Virus record (IMG/VR): IMGVR_UViG_3300042465_003730
Coordinates: 1-35,956 of that record
DNA length: 35,956 bases
DNA from: a virus
Lineage: Duplodnaviria > Caudoviricetes
Reading direction: 5' to 3' (one strand)
Below, piece by piece: positions 8,977-18,132 of the stretch. The translations under genes and the position numbers were made by a program. How positions within the stretch are numbered: position 1 is the stretch's first letter; every line of letters starts with the position of its first letter. Below the pieces are notes generated by a model. It saw nothing but the letters and a program-made list of their open reading frames with translations, searched no databases and was not told where the DNA came from.

Positions 8977-9603
8977 ATGGCGCTTGGCACTTATTCGGAA
9001 CTTAAAACGTCGATTGCCGATTGGCTGAACCGGTCGGACTTAACGTCTGCCATAGCCGATTTCATCACGTTGGCGGAAGCCGAGTTCAATCGAACCGTAC
9101 GCGTGCGCCAAATGATCGTCCGGGCCAATGCCACGCTTGATAGCGAATACACGCAACTTCCATCCGATTTTCTGCAAATGGAAAATCTTGTTTTGCTCAC
9201 GACAACGCCAACGAAATTGGAGTTTTTGAGCGACGAACAAAGCGATGACTTTTATACGCGTTACTTTTCGGCGGCTGGCACACCGCGCTACTACACGATT
9301 GTTGGTGATACGTTCAAAGTTGTGCCAACTCCGGGAACGGATACAACGCAAGTTCAGATGACCTATTACGGCAAGATTGCCGCGTTGTCTGACAGCAATA
9401 CAACCAACTGGTTGCTGACCAAACATCCTGACCTTTACTTATATGGCGCACTGCTGCAATCGGCGCCTTATCTGCAAGATGACTCGCGCATTCCCGTTTG
9501 GAATGCCGCTTACGAACGTGGCATTGAGGCCATGAAACTTGAGCAAGAACGCGCCAATTACAGCGGAACAACGCCACGCGTTCGCGCCAAACCAATGGGG
9601 TGA
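8977..9603 (+). CDS. Head-tail adaptor protein
   Basis: TYSELK..IADWLNRSDL..I.DFITLAEA; NWLL..HPDLYLYGAL; position. Confidence 0.75.
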   Translation: MALGTYSELKTSIADWLNRSDLTSAIADFITLAEAEFNRTVRVRQMIVRANATLDSEYTQLPSDFLQMENLVLLTTTPTKLEFLSDEQSDDFYTRYFSAAGTPRYYTIVGDTFKVVPTPGTDTTQVQMTYYGKIAALSDSNTTNWLLTKHPDLYLYGALLQSAPYLQDDSRIPVWNAAYERGIEAMKLEQERANYSGTTPRVRAKPMG

Positions 9604-9606
9604 TCC

Positions 9607-9993
9607 ATGGCTAATTCATTTTCCGACTATCTCGAAAACAAAGTGCTCGACCATGTATTTGGCGGATCAGTCTATTCGGCGCCTGCCACCATTTATGTGG
9701 GCCTGTTTACCGCTGACCCTGGCGAGTCAGGCTCAAGCAACGAAGTGTCTGGCAATGGATACCTTCGCCAATCCATGGCGTTTACGGTATCGGGATCAGC
9801 CGCAACCAACACATCAGCCGTTGAGTTTCCAACCGCCACGGGTTCGTGGGGAACGGTAACGCATACCGCACTTTATGACGCATCAACATCAGGCAATATG
9901 CTTGCCGTTGGGCAATTGAGCGCATCCAAATCAATCGGTACCAATGACGTGTTCCGATTCAATGCCGGTGATTTTGACATCACTCTTGACTGA
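9607..9993 (+). CDS. Virion structural / fibre-associated protein
   Basis: SDYLENKVLDH..YVGLFTADP..FPTATGSWGTVTH..DASTSGN pattern; Ser/Thr-rich. Confidence 0.75.
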   Translation: MANSFSDYLENKVLDHVFGGSVYSAPATIYVGLFTADPGESGSSNEVSGNGYLRQSMAFTVSGSAATNTSAVEFPTATGSWGTVTHTALYDASTSGNMLAVGQLSASKSIGTNDVFRFNAGDFDITLD

Positions 9994-10706
9994 TGTACGG
10001 GTACGGCGCTGGCGTCTATGGCAAGAACATTTATGGGCTAACGGCCTATAAAGATGCCGCCGTAGCGATTGCCGCGCAAAGCGCGGTTGCAGCAGTAGGC
10101 AAAAGAGTTTTTTCAAGCAGTGTTGCTGTATCGGCAGCATCAACGGTTAGTCCAGCAGGCCAGCGCATTGGACTTGGCGTTGTAGCGGTTAACGCAACAT
10201 CAAGCGTTAGTCCAACAGGACAACGGATTGCGCTTGGCACGGTAACAATCAGCGCAACGTCAAGCGTTAGTCCAACAGCGTCAAAAGTTGTTTTCGGAAG
10301 TGTTGCAATCGCCGGTGCGTCAGCGGTTGTGGCAGCGGGTAGTGAAGTTCACGAAGGCGCCGTAGCCATTGACGCATTGGCGGCGATTGCAGCAAGTGCC
10401 AACAGAATTGCGGCTGCAAGCGTTACGATAACGGCTCAAAGCCTGGTTGAAGCATCAGGCGGCGTGCGTCAGTTGGCGGCAGCGGCAATCGCGGCAACGT
10501 CAAGCGTTAGCGCCACGGGCATTGAGAAGTGGGAGCCGGTGCCAGACCCAACGAATAGTTGGTCAACGATTGTGGTTGGACCGGCAACGTGGGATGAGCA
10601 ATCGGACCCAACTGATACATGGGTTGCGCAAACCGTTGTGGCGCAATCCTGGTCAACGCAAACAACACCAAGCAAATCTTGGACACCGCAAGTGTCCCCC
10701 TACTGA
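9993..10706 (+). CDS. Repetitive fibre-like virion protein (20-aa repeats, Trp 10-aa repeats)
   Basis: About eight 20-aa Ala/Ser/Val repeats, then Trp every 10 residues. Confidence 0.75.
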   Translation: MYGYGAGVYGKNIYGLTAYKDAAVAIAAQSAVAAVGKRVFSSSVAVSAASTVSPAGQRIGLGVVAVNATSSVSPTGQRIALGTVTISATSSVSPTASKVVFGSVAIAGASAVVAAGSEVHEGAVAIDALAAIAASANRIAAASVTITAQSLVEASGGVRQLAAAAIAATSSVSATGIEKWEPVPDPTNSWSTIVVGPATWDEQSDPTDTWVAQTVVAQSWSTQTTPSKSWTPQVSPY

Positions 10707-10714
10707 GGTGAAAC

Positions 10715-12154
10715 ATGGCTGATACAACAACCACCAATTTAAGTTTGACGAAACCAGAGGTTGGTGCGTCAACCGACACATGGGGCAACAAACTTAACAC
10801 GAACCTTGATACGCTGGACGCTATTTTTTCAGCGTCAGGCACAAGCGTTTCAATGAACGTTGGCAGCGGCAAGACGCTAACGCTTGGCGGGAACATGACC
10901 GGATCGGGAACGATCAATGGCGTATCGATTGGTCAATCCGTTGCTGGTGCAGGATCGTTTACAACGTTAACTGCGTCAGGCAATACAACGTTTACCAACG
11001 CGCCAATCCTGTCATCGCTTACAGCGTCAAAGCCTGTCTTTACAAGTGCAAGCAAAGCACTTACATCATCAGGCATTGTTCCTATTGATCAAGGAGGAAC
11101 AGGCGCAAACCTAACCGACCCAAACGCTGATCGCATTTTGTTTTGGGATGATTCAGCAAGCGCGTTTACATTTTTGGAGGCTGGAACCGGACTGTCGATT
11201 AGCGGGACAACACTTTCAACAACTGGTGGAGCATCAATCTCTGCTGGTGATTCCAATGTCACTGTTAGCGATACAGGATCAAACGGAACCGTTACTGTTC
11301 AGACTGATGGCACCGAGCGGATGCGTATCGACTCCTCCGGCAACGTAGGGATTGGGACGAGTTCGCCGGATCGCCCTTTGGTTGTGTATTCAGCAACAAC
11401 CGCCGGCCAAAACCCGTGGAATGGATCGCAGGCTAATTTGTATGACAGCCGAGCAATGGCGGCTGGCGTTGGTGGCACGTTACAACTCACTGGCAATTAC
11501 ACGACAGGTGGTGCTAATGCGCTCATGGCGTGGGTTCGTGCATCTAAGAAAACCGCAACCAGTGGTGACTATGATGGCGATTTGCTACTTGGTGCGAGAA
11601 ACGGCGACATAAAACTTTACACCGCAGCAAGCCCAACTATTGACGGAACAAACCAAGTGTTTACCGTAAAAACTGGGGGCACCGTCATATTAAATGGAGG
11701 GTCTGCATCCGCTACAGGTGTTGGCATCACCTTCCCCGCCACGCAATCAGCGTCTAGCGATGCGAATACCTTGGATGATTATGAGGAGGGGACTTGGACG
11801 CCTAGTGTCGGTGGAACAGCGACTTACAATTACAGGCAAGGTAACTACACAAAGATTGGTAATTTTGTTTACGCCCGAGCTGCTTTATCGATAGCAACGT
11901 TGGGAACAGGATCAACAATAACTCTTACCGGATTGCCATTTACTTCCAGTTCAGTAACCGGGCGTTTTGGTGGAAGTGTGCATTATTTTTCCACTGTGGC
12001 AGTAAATATATTAAATCTTTTGGTGTACATAAACGGAGGCGAAGCGTCCGTAAATTTCAGCAACATAAGTGCTGCTGGCACTGGTGTTACAGATGCTCCA
12101 GCAATTTTTGGAAACAGTGCAGCGTTGCAATTTACTGTTGTTTATCAGGTGTAA
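10715..12154 (+). CDS. Tail fibre / receptor-binding protein
   Basis: [24 protein letters not shown] anchor; [19 protein letters not shown] fibre motif; [16 protein letters not shown]-terminal module. Confidence 0.85.
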   Translation: MADTTTTNLSLTKPEVGASTDTWGNKLNTNLDTLDAIFSASGTSVSMNVGSGKTLTLGGNMTGSGTINGVSIGQSVAGAGSFTTLTASGNTTFTNAPILSSLTASKPVFTSASKALTSSGIVPIDQGGTGANLTDPNADRILFWDDSASAFTFLEAGTGLSISGTTLSTTGGASISAGDSNVTVSDTGSNGTVTVQTDGTERMRIDSSGNVGIGTSSPDRPLVVYSATTAGQNPWNGSQANLYDSRAMAAGVGGTLQLTGNYTTGGANALMAWVRASKKTATSGDYDGDLLLGARNGDIKLYTAASPTIDGTNQVFTVKTGGTVILNGGSASATGVGITFPATQSASSDANTLDDYEEGTWTPSVGGTATYNYRQGNYTKIGNFVYARAALSIATLGTGSTITLTGLPFTSSSVTGRFGGSVHYFSTVAVNILNLLVYINGGEASVNFSNISAAGTGVTDAPAIFGNSAALQFTVVYQV

Positions 12155-12207
12155 ATTAACCACGCCGGATAATTAGTGTGGTCGGACATTAACGAAAGGA
12201 ACCTTAA

Positions 12208-12480
12208 ATGATTACTAAACAAACGGTCATTGACCAGATTACCGTCACCGAGAACGGCATCATCCTCTACCGTGAAGCTACTAAAATCGTTGAGGATGGC
12301 GTTGAACTCACAAAGACTTATCACCGCTCAAGCCTGACACCAGGACAAGACCTCACAGACCAGCCTGAGAAAGTAGTCGCCATTGCTCAAGCAGCGTGGA
12401 CACCAGAAGTGATTGCAGCCTATGAAGCAGCGCAGTTGGCATCGCAGCAGACGATGCAACCTGTGCAGCCAACTGAGTAA
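12208..12480 (+). CDS. Tail-fibre-associated small protein (possible assembly chaperone)
   Basis: Directly follows the fibre; SD GAAAGGAA; acidic. Confidence 0.7.
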   Translation: MITKQTVIDQITVTENGIILYREATKIVEDGVELTKTYHRSSLTPGQDLTDQPEKVVAIAQAAWTPEVIAAYEAAQLASQQTMQPVQPTE

Positions 12481-12488
12481 GGTGCGTC

Positions 12489-12659
12489 ATGACCTCTGGT
12501 GATTCCGAAGCCTTAAAGCGCATTGAGGTTCACGAAGCCGTATGCGATGAACGGTATGCGCAGATCAACGCTAGGCTTAAGCGTTTGGAGATGATCCTAA
12601 TGACAACGGCAGGGACCAGCATTCTTTTGTTGATCAACCTGGCGTTCAAGCTTAAATAA
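12489..12659 (+). CDS. Small coiled-coil + C-terminal TM protein, XhlA/holin-like (56 aa; not in ORF track)
   Basis: MTSGDSEALKRIEVHEAVCDERYAQINARLKRLEMILMTTAGTSILLLINLAFKLK; fills the gap before the holin. Confidence 0.75.
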   Translation: MTSGDSEALKRIEVHEAVCDERYAQINARLKRLEMILMTTAGTSILLLINLAFKLK

Positions 12660-12660
12660 G

Positions 12661-13143
12661 ATGCTCACGCTTTTATCAACGCTCCTGTCATTCTTAGCCG
12701 GTGGCGTGCCTAAGTTGCTTGACCTTTGGCAGGACTCTAAGGACAAGGCGCACGAGCTGGAACTTGCCCGTATGCAAAATGAGCGTGAGCGCGAGTTAGC
12801 CGCCATGGGATTGCTTGCGCAGCAACGCATCGAAGAGATTCACACCGAGCAAGTGGCGATGCAAACGCAGGCCGAAGAGATGAAAGCGTTGTACGCCCAT
12901 GACATTGCGATTGGTGAAGGAACAAGCCAGTGGGTAAAAAACGCTAGAGCGTTAGTGCGTCCTGTCTTGACCTATGGCATGTTCATGTTGCTTGTATTCG
13001 TTGAGATTGGCGGATTCTGGTACGCCTGGACAACGAACGTGCCATTCGATTTGATGCTGGATCAATTGTGGGATGACGATACGCAACAAATTTGGGCCGC
13101 GATTGTGGCCTTTCACTTTGGGTCACGAGCATTTGCAAAATGA
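12661..13143 (+). CDS. Putative holin (3-TM, GTA-holin-like)
   Basis: Hydrophobic N-terminus, coiled coil, RALVRPVLTY, C-terminal FHFGSR; adjacent to the endolysin. Confidence 0.7.
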   Translation: MLTLLSTLLSFLAGGVPKLLDLWQDSKDKAHELELARMQNERERELAAMGLLAQQRIEEIHTEQVAMQTQAEEMKALYAHDIAIGEGTSQWVKNARALVRPVLTYGMFMLLVFVEIGGFWYAWTTNVPFDLMLDQLWDDDTQQIWAAIVAFHFGSRAFAK

Positions 13144-13616
13144 TCAGCCCGCTTGCTCTCCAAATGATCAAGCATCACGAAGGTGTGCGCGTGCGGCCTT
13201 ATCGTTGTCCGGCGTTGCTTTGGACCGTGGGTGTGGGCCATGTCATTGACCCATCGCACATCAACATCAAGATCGAAGAGCGTAAAGCTTTACCCATTCC
13301 ACCAGGTTGGGATCGCACGTTATCTATGGCGGAAGTTGACGAGATACTTACACAGGACTTACGCCGCTTTGAGGCTGGCGTATCACGATTATGTCCTGCT
13401 GGCCTTACTCAGTATCGCTTTGATGCACTCACATCATTTTCGTTCAATGTGGGATTAGGTAACCTCCAGCGATCAACGCTGAGAATGCGCCATAATCGCG
13501 GCGACTATACGGGCGCGGCACTTGCCTTTAGAATGTGGACAAAAGCGGCAGGGAAAGAGTTGCCGGGCCTGGTCAAACGCCGCCGCGATGAAATGGCCCT
13601 CTACATGAGCAACTGA
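13140..13616 (+). CDS. Endolysin, GH24 phage lysozyme
   Basis: HEGVRVRPYRCPALLWTVGVGH catalytic motif (E-x8-C-x5-T), FDALTSFSFNVG, LPGLVKRRRDE. Confidence 0.9.
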   Translation: MISPLALQMIKHHEGVRVRPYRCPALLWTVGVGHVIDPSHINIKIEERKALPIPPGWDRTLSMAEVDEILTQDLRRFEAGVSRLCPAGLTQYRFDALTSFSFNVGLGNLQRSTLRMRHNRGDYTGAALAFRMWTKAAGKELPGLVKRRRDEMALYMSN

Positions 13617-13617
13617 T

Positions 13618-15105
13618 ATGCCACTTGTTCCCATCAAATTGCCGCCAGGCATTTACAGAAACGGTACAGAGTACCAATCGCAAGGGCGATGGTATGACGC
13701 CAATCTTGTACGCTGGTTTGAAGGCACATTGCGCCCCATTGGCGGATGGCGTAAATGGACAACCGCCCAAACGTCAGGTGTGCCACGCGGCATGTACGCC
13801 TGGCGCGACAACTCGGCCAATATATGGCTTGCCGTTGGTACCGCATCAAAGCTTTACGCTTACCAAGGCGATGGCGATCAGGCTGACATTACGCCAACAA
13901 GTTTCAGTGCAGGGCGCACCAACGCTTTGGGATCGACGGGTTACGGAAATGGTGATTATGGCGAACAGGCTTATGGCGTTGCACGCATTCCGGCAAGCAA
14001 TAACGGCGTGCTTCCTGCCACCACCTGGTCGATGGACAATTGGGGCCAATATCTTGTGGCGTGTTCAGACTATGATGGCAAGCTTTACGAGTGGCAGTTA
14101 GACTTTGCCACGCCAACCAAAGCCGTTGCCATCACTAATGCGCCAACGAGTTGCAAAGGGTTGATTGTTTCTGAAGAGCGTTTTTTATTTGCGCTTGGCG
14201 CTGGAGGCGATCCGCGTAAGGTGCAATGGTCGGACCAGGAAGACAACACGGTTTGGACGCCAGCCGCAACGAACCAAGCGGGTGACTTTATTCTTTCAAC
14301 GCCAGGCTCGATCATTTGCGCCAGGCGCGTTAGAGGTGGCGTTTTGATTCTGACGGATGTGGATGCCCACTTGGCGCAGTACCAAGGTCCGCCATACGTC
14401 TATGGGTTTGAAAAAGTAGGGACAGGGTGTGGCGCTGTGGGCGTGTTGAGCGTTGCCGCTGCCGACACGTTTGCCGTTTGGATGGGATCATCCGGGTTTT
14501 GGCTTTATGACGGTTACGTCAAACCGCTTCAATCCGATGTATCTGACTTTGTGTTTCGGGACATCAACCGAGGGCAAATCAGCAAAGTCAACGCGATCCA
14601 TAATTCAAAATTTGCAGAAATCATTTGGTTTTATCCGTCATCCGAAGCAAATGAAATTGACAGTTATGTGGTGTGGAATTACCGAGAAAATCATTGGACG
14701 ATTGGCACGTTGGCACGAACGGTTGGAACCGGTCAGGGCGTGTTTACATCGCCACTGATGTGCTCATCCGATGGTTACGTTTACGAACACGAAGCTGGCT
14801 GGAACTATGACGGGCAAACGCCATACGCTGAATCGGGGCCGTACCAAATTGGTATGGGTGACAACTTGCTTGTGGCGGATCAACTTATCCCTGATGACTT
14901 GACGCTTGGCGATGTAACGGCAACATTCAAAACGCGTTTGTATCCGACTGCAACGGAAACAACGCATGGTCCGTATTCGTTAGCCAATCCAACGTCAGTG
15001 CGTTTGCAGGGTAGACAAATGAAGGTTCGCGTCAATGGCAACAACAATACGGATTGGCGGGTTGGCATCATGCGGTTTAACGCCAAGCAAGGCAGCAGGC
15101 GATGA
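13618..15105 (+). CDS. Tail stabilisation / tail tubular protein B-like (beta-propeller)
   Basis: 495 aa, Trp/Gly-rich beta repeats, VQWSDQED motif; located before ejection proteins. Confidence 0.75.
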   Translation: MPLVPIKLPPGIYRNGTEYQSQGRWYDANLVRWFEGTLRPIGGWRKWTTAQTSGVPRGMYAWRDNSANIWLAVGTASKLYAYQGDGDQADITPTSFSAGRTNALGSTGYGNGDYGEQAYGVARIPASNNGVLPATTWSMDNWGQYLVACSDYDGKLYEWQLDFATPTKAVAITNAPTSCKGLIVSEERFLFALGAGGDPRKVQWSDQEDNTVWTPAATNQAGDFILSTPGSIICARRVRGGVLILTDVDAHLAQYQGPPYVYGFEKVGTGCGAVGVLSVAAADTFAVWMGSSGFWLYDGYVKPLQSDVSDFVFRDINRGQISKVNAIHNSKFAEIIWFYPSSEANEIDSYVVWNYRENHWTIGTLARTVGTGQGVFTSPLMCSSDGYVYEHEAGWNYDGQTPYAESGPYQIGMGDNLLVADQLIPDDLTLGDVTATFKTRLYPTATETTHGPYSLANPTSVRLQGRQMKVRVNGNNNTDWRVGIMRFNAKQGSRR

Positions 15106-15311
15106 AACTGCCGCGTCCTGGCGTTGACTACAACCAGATTGAAGAGCAATCGTTTCGGCGTGCTTTGGAGTTGGCTGACTCGATCAATCGCAAAAAAAAC
15201 GCCAACATCGAAATGGGCCAAGACGAACTGATTGTTATTCGCTCGCCCAATGGCACGCGGTACTCATTGGCGGTATCAAATGCTGGCGTCTTGAGCGCCA
15301 CCACCATGTAA
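15102..15311 (+). CDS. Small virion protein
   Basis: Coupled ORF; IRSPNGTRYSLAVSNAGVL fibre-type motif. Confidence 0.7.
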   Translation: MKLPRPGVDYNQIEEQSFRRALELADSINRKKNANIEMGQDELIVIRSPNGTRYSLAVSNAGVLSATTM

Positions 15312-15321
15312 GGAATTTGAA

Positions 15322-16578
15322 ATGGCAATCCTTTATCCATTTGCAACTTTTAAGTGGGACACCAGCGCCTCGCTTGCTGCAAAGCAAAATCTTGTGCGAG
15401 ACATGATTAATTCAGGATATGACGTTGCCGATATTCGCGCTGAGATTTCAAGGCTTGAACCTGATAAGTCAGCACTGACAGAATCAAATTTCAATTTACT
15501 TGGGCTAAAGCTTCCTGAAGCAGGCGCAGGCGGTGCAGCAGGCGGTGCGACAGGTGGCGCTACAGGTGGCGCGACAAGCACAGGCGCAACCGCAAAGCCA
15601 GCAGAGTCGCGCACACTCAAGATTTTTGGTCTTGATTGGAATCGTGACGCATCGCTTGCGACGAAACAAGGCTATGTGCAAACTTTGCTCAAGCAAGGTT
15701 ACTCGCCAGCGCAGATTCGTGGCGAGATTGCAAGGCTTGATCCAACGCCGGTTGAAGCCACATCATTTGAGCAACTAGGGATCCCTATTCCAAGAACAGG
15801 GCGCAGCACGACCGAACGCACTGGCGGAACACGTCTTGAATCGGGCGAAATGGAATACAACATTGCTCCGCTTGCCGACTACGAAGTGCGTGCAGGATTA
15901 GCACCTACGGGTTTGCTCAATTATGGTTACGGCCAGGAGCAAGGGCTATTTAGCGACATTCCAACGGCATCCGAAGTGCGGCAAACGCAGGCGGCAAATC
16001 TTGCCGCCATGCAAGCGGCAGCGCCAACCGCAAACATTGTGGCGGGCATGGTGAATCGTGGATTGCTCGCCAATGAATCGCCAACGGCTGGATTGTTGGC
16101 GCAGAATCAAGCACTGATGAATCAAGTGCGTGATGTGTCCACAAAAACGGCGTTAGACAAGGCGGCTTTTTACAACCAATTGCGCGGTCAAGGTTACAGT
16201 GATCAGCAGATTCAAAACATCGTTGGTTCATCAATTGGCTTTCAAACGCCGCAGCAGTTTAACTATCTCCGCCAACTCGGTCAGACTGTACAGATGGCGC
16301 CCGAACTGCAAGAACGTGACGCTGAAGGCAAGGCGTCTTACTTTAATGATTTGCTCAATAGCGGTTTGAATTACGATCAGGCGTTAAGCGTGATCAACAC
16401 GGGCGTTGGTCAGCAAACGAACAAGGATTTGTTGGAGCTTGCGCGTATAGCGTCCGCTCAACGCGCACAACCCATGGCTATGCTAGGCACTGCGCCAGGC
16501 GCGTTTAGCCAAGGCTTATTGGCTGGCGGATTCCCATCAGTGGCAGGGCAAACCCTGTTAGGTTTTGGCGCGGCGTGA
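15322..16578 (+). CDS. Internal virion / ejection-type protein with helical repeats
   Basis: 418 aa, two pairs of internal repeats, Gly/Ala/Thr linker. Confidence 0.7.
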   Translation: MAILYPFATFKWDTSASLAAKQNLVRDMINSGYDVADIRAEISRLEPDKSALTESNFNLLGLKLPEAGAGGAAGGATGGATGGATSTGATAKPAESRTLKIFGLDWNRDASLATKQGYVQTLLKQGYSPAQIRGEIARLDPTPVEATSFEQLGIPIPRTGRSTTERTGGTRLESGEMEYNIAPLADYEVRAGLAPTGLLNYGYGQEQGLFSDIPTASEVRQTQAANLAAMQAAAPTANIVAGMVNRGLLANESPTAGLLAQNQALMNQVRDVSTKTALDKAAFYNQLRGQGYSDQQIQNIVGSSIGFQTPQQFNYLRQLGQTVQMAPELQERDAEGKASYFNDLLNSGLNYDQALSVINTGVGQQTNKDLLELARIASAQRAQPMAMLGTAPGAFSQGLLAGGFPSVAGQTLLGFGAA

Positions 16579-16949
16579 GTGATTTAGCGCATTGGGATCG
16601 ATGTTCGCCATACCTTGAGGCGGCGTTGCGCTTTAGCCATGGAACGCATACCATTGAAGACATACGCAAAGCGGTGATTGACAAGGCGATGCAATTCTGG
16701 CCTGGTCAGCAGTCCGCGGTCGTCACTGAAGTCCACGTTTACCCGCAAAAGAAATGCCTCCATTATTTTTTGGCTGGCGGCAAACTGGAAGAACTCTCAG
16801 CGATGCGTCCAATCATTGAATCGTGGGCGCGTCACATCCAATGCGACATGATCACGTTATCCGGCAGACGAGGCTGGATTCGTTCGTTTTTGGCGGGTGA
16901 AGATTACAAGGAACGTTGGACGGTTATGTCCAAGGAGTTATCACTATGA
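16575..16949 (+). CDS. GNAT-like acetyltransferase-fold protein in the ejection module
   Basis: LHYFLAGG...WAR...C..ITLSGRRGW pattern; same position as T7 gp13-like genes. Confidence 0.6.
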   Translation: MSDLAHWDRCSPYLEAALRFSHGTHTIEDIRKAVIDKAMQFWPGQQSAVVTEVHVYPQKKCLHYFLAGGKLEELSAMRPIIESWARHIQCDMITLSGRRGWIRSFLAGEDYKERWTVMSKELSL

Positions 16950-18130
16950 GTAAGAGCGGCGGCGGATCAACAACTCGCGTTGAACTTGATCCTGAATTCA
17001 AAACGGCAGCGCTTGACGTATACGGCAGAGCGCAACAGATCGCCAATCAGCCTTATACGACTTACCAAGGCCCGCGTATTGCGGCGCCTACGCAAGCAAC
17101 ACTTACCGGATTGCAGCGCTTGGCGCAAGTTGAGCCTACTGCCGCCACAACGCTTGGCTTGCAACAGTTAGCACAAGCCGGTCAGGTTGGGCCTGGTACT
17201 GCAACCGTTGATTACGCAACATCATTGGCGATGCAACCAACCGGTATTGCGCAAAACATTGGTCAGTTTGTGAATCCATTTCAGACGCAAGTGATCAATA
17301 CGGCGCTGCAAAACATTGAGATGCAACGCCAGCAACAACAACTTGGAAACTTAGCCGCCGCCACTCGCGCCCGTGCCTTTGGCGGATCGCGCCAAGGCAT
17401 TGTTGAAGGATTGACGAATCAAGCCGCACTCATGGCCGCAGGCCAAACGGCTGGAAATTTGGCTTACCAGGGTTTTGGTCAAGCCGCGCAACTTGCGCAA
17501 CAAGACGTTGCGGCCCGCCAGGCGCAGGCTGCGCAACTGGCAGGATTGGGCGCACAACAACAAGCGATTCGTAGTCAACAAGCGCAGCAACTGCTTAGTG
17601 CTGGCGGTGCTGAAGATGCGTTACGCCAAGCGCAAGCGCAACAACTTATGCAAGTTGGCGGGATTGAGCAAGGCTTGCAACAACAGCAACTTGATTTGGC
17701 GTACCAAGACTTTTTACGCCAACAAGCTTACCCGTTGCAACAACTTGGCATCCTTCAGGCTGGCCTTGGGCAGTTTCCTGCGCAAAACGAGCAAGTCACA
17801 TCGCAGCGCATGTCACCAGGTCAGCAGATCGGCCAGGGCGTTAGCACATTGGCGTCATTGGCTTACTTGTTTGGGTCAGACAAGCGCATGAAGGAAAACA
17901 TTGATCGCATGGATTCGCCGCTTTCCCAAATTGGAAAACTTGCTGGCTATGACTACAACTATAAGGGTGATGACCAACGAACGGGCGGCGTGATGGCGCA
18001 AGACGTTCGCCGCGTTATGCCCGAAGCCGTTGTGCAAGGCGATAACGGAATGATGGCGGTGAACTACCCGAAAGTGACAGGGTTACTGGTCGAAGCGGTT
18101 AAGGAACTTGACCGTAGAACAAGGGGTTAA
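16946..18130 (+). CDS. DNA pilot / ejection protein with C-terminal Peptidase_S74-like domain
   Basis: Gln/Ala-rich body, AFGGSRQG motif; C-terminal SDKRMKENI...YNYKGD...GVMAQDV...VNY; SD AAGGAG before ATG 16946. Confidence 0.75.
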   Translation: MSKSGGGSTTRVELDPEFKTAALDVYGRAQQIANQPYTTYQGPRIAAPTQATLTGLQRLAQVEPTAATTLGLQQLAQAGQVGPGTATVDYATSLAMQPTGIAQNIGQFVNPFQTQVINTALQNIEMQRQQQQLGNLAAATRARAFGGSRQGIVEGLTNQAALMAAGQTAGNLAYQGFGQAAQLAQQDVAARQAQAAQLAGLGAQQQAIRSQQAQQLLSAGGAEDALRQAQAQQLMQVGGIEQGLQQQQLDLAYQDFLRQQAYPLQQLGILQAGLGQFPAQNEQVTSQRMSPGQQIGQGVSTLASLAYLFGSDKRMKENIDRMDSPLSQIGKLAGYDYNYKGDDQRTGGVMAQDVRRVMPEAVVQGDNGMMAVNYPKVTGLLVEAVKELDRRTRG

Positions 18131-18132
18131 AC

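Noticed and set aside
10715-12154. Diversity-generating retroelement or invertible tail-fibre cassette
   Set aside because: No reverse transcriptase, no template/variable repeat pair and no inverted alternative fibre tip seen; the recombinase is distant.
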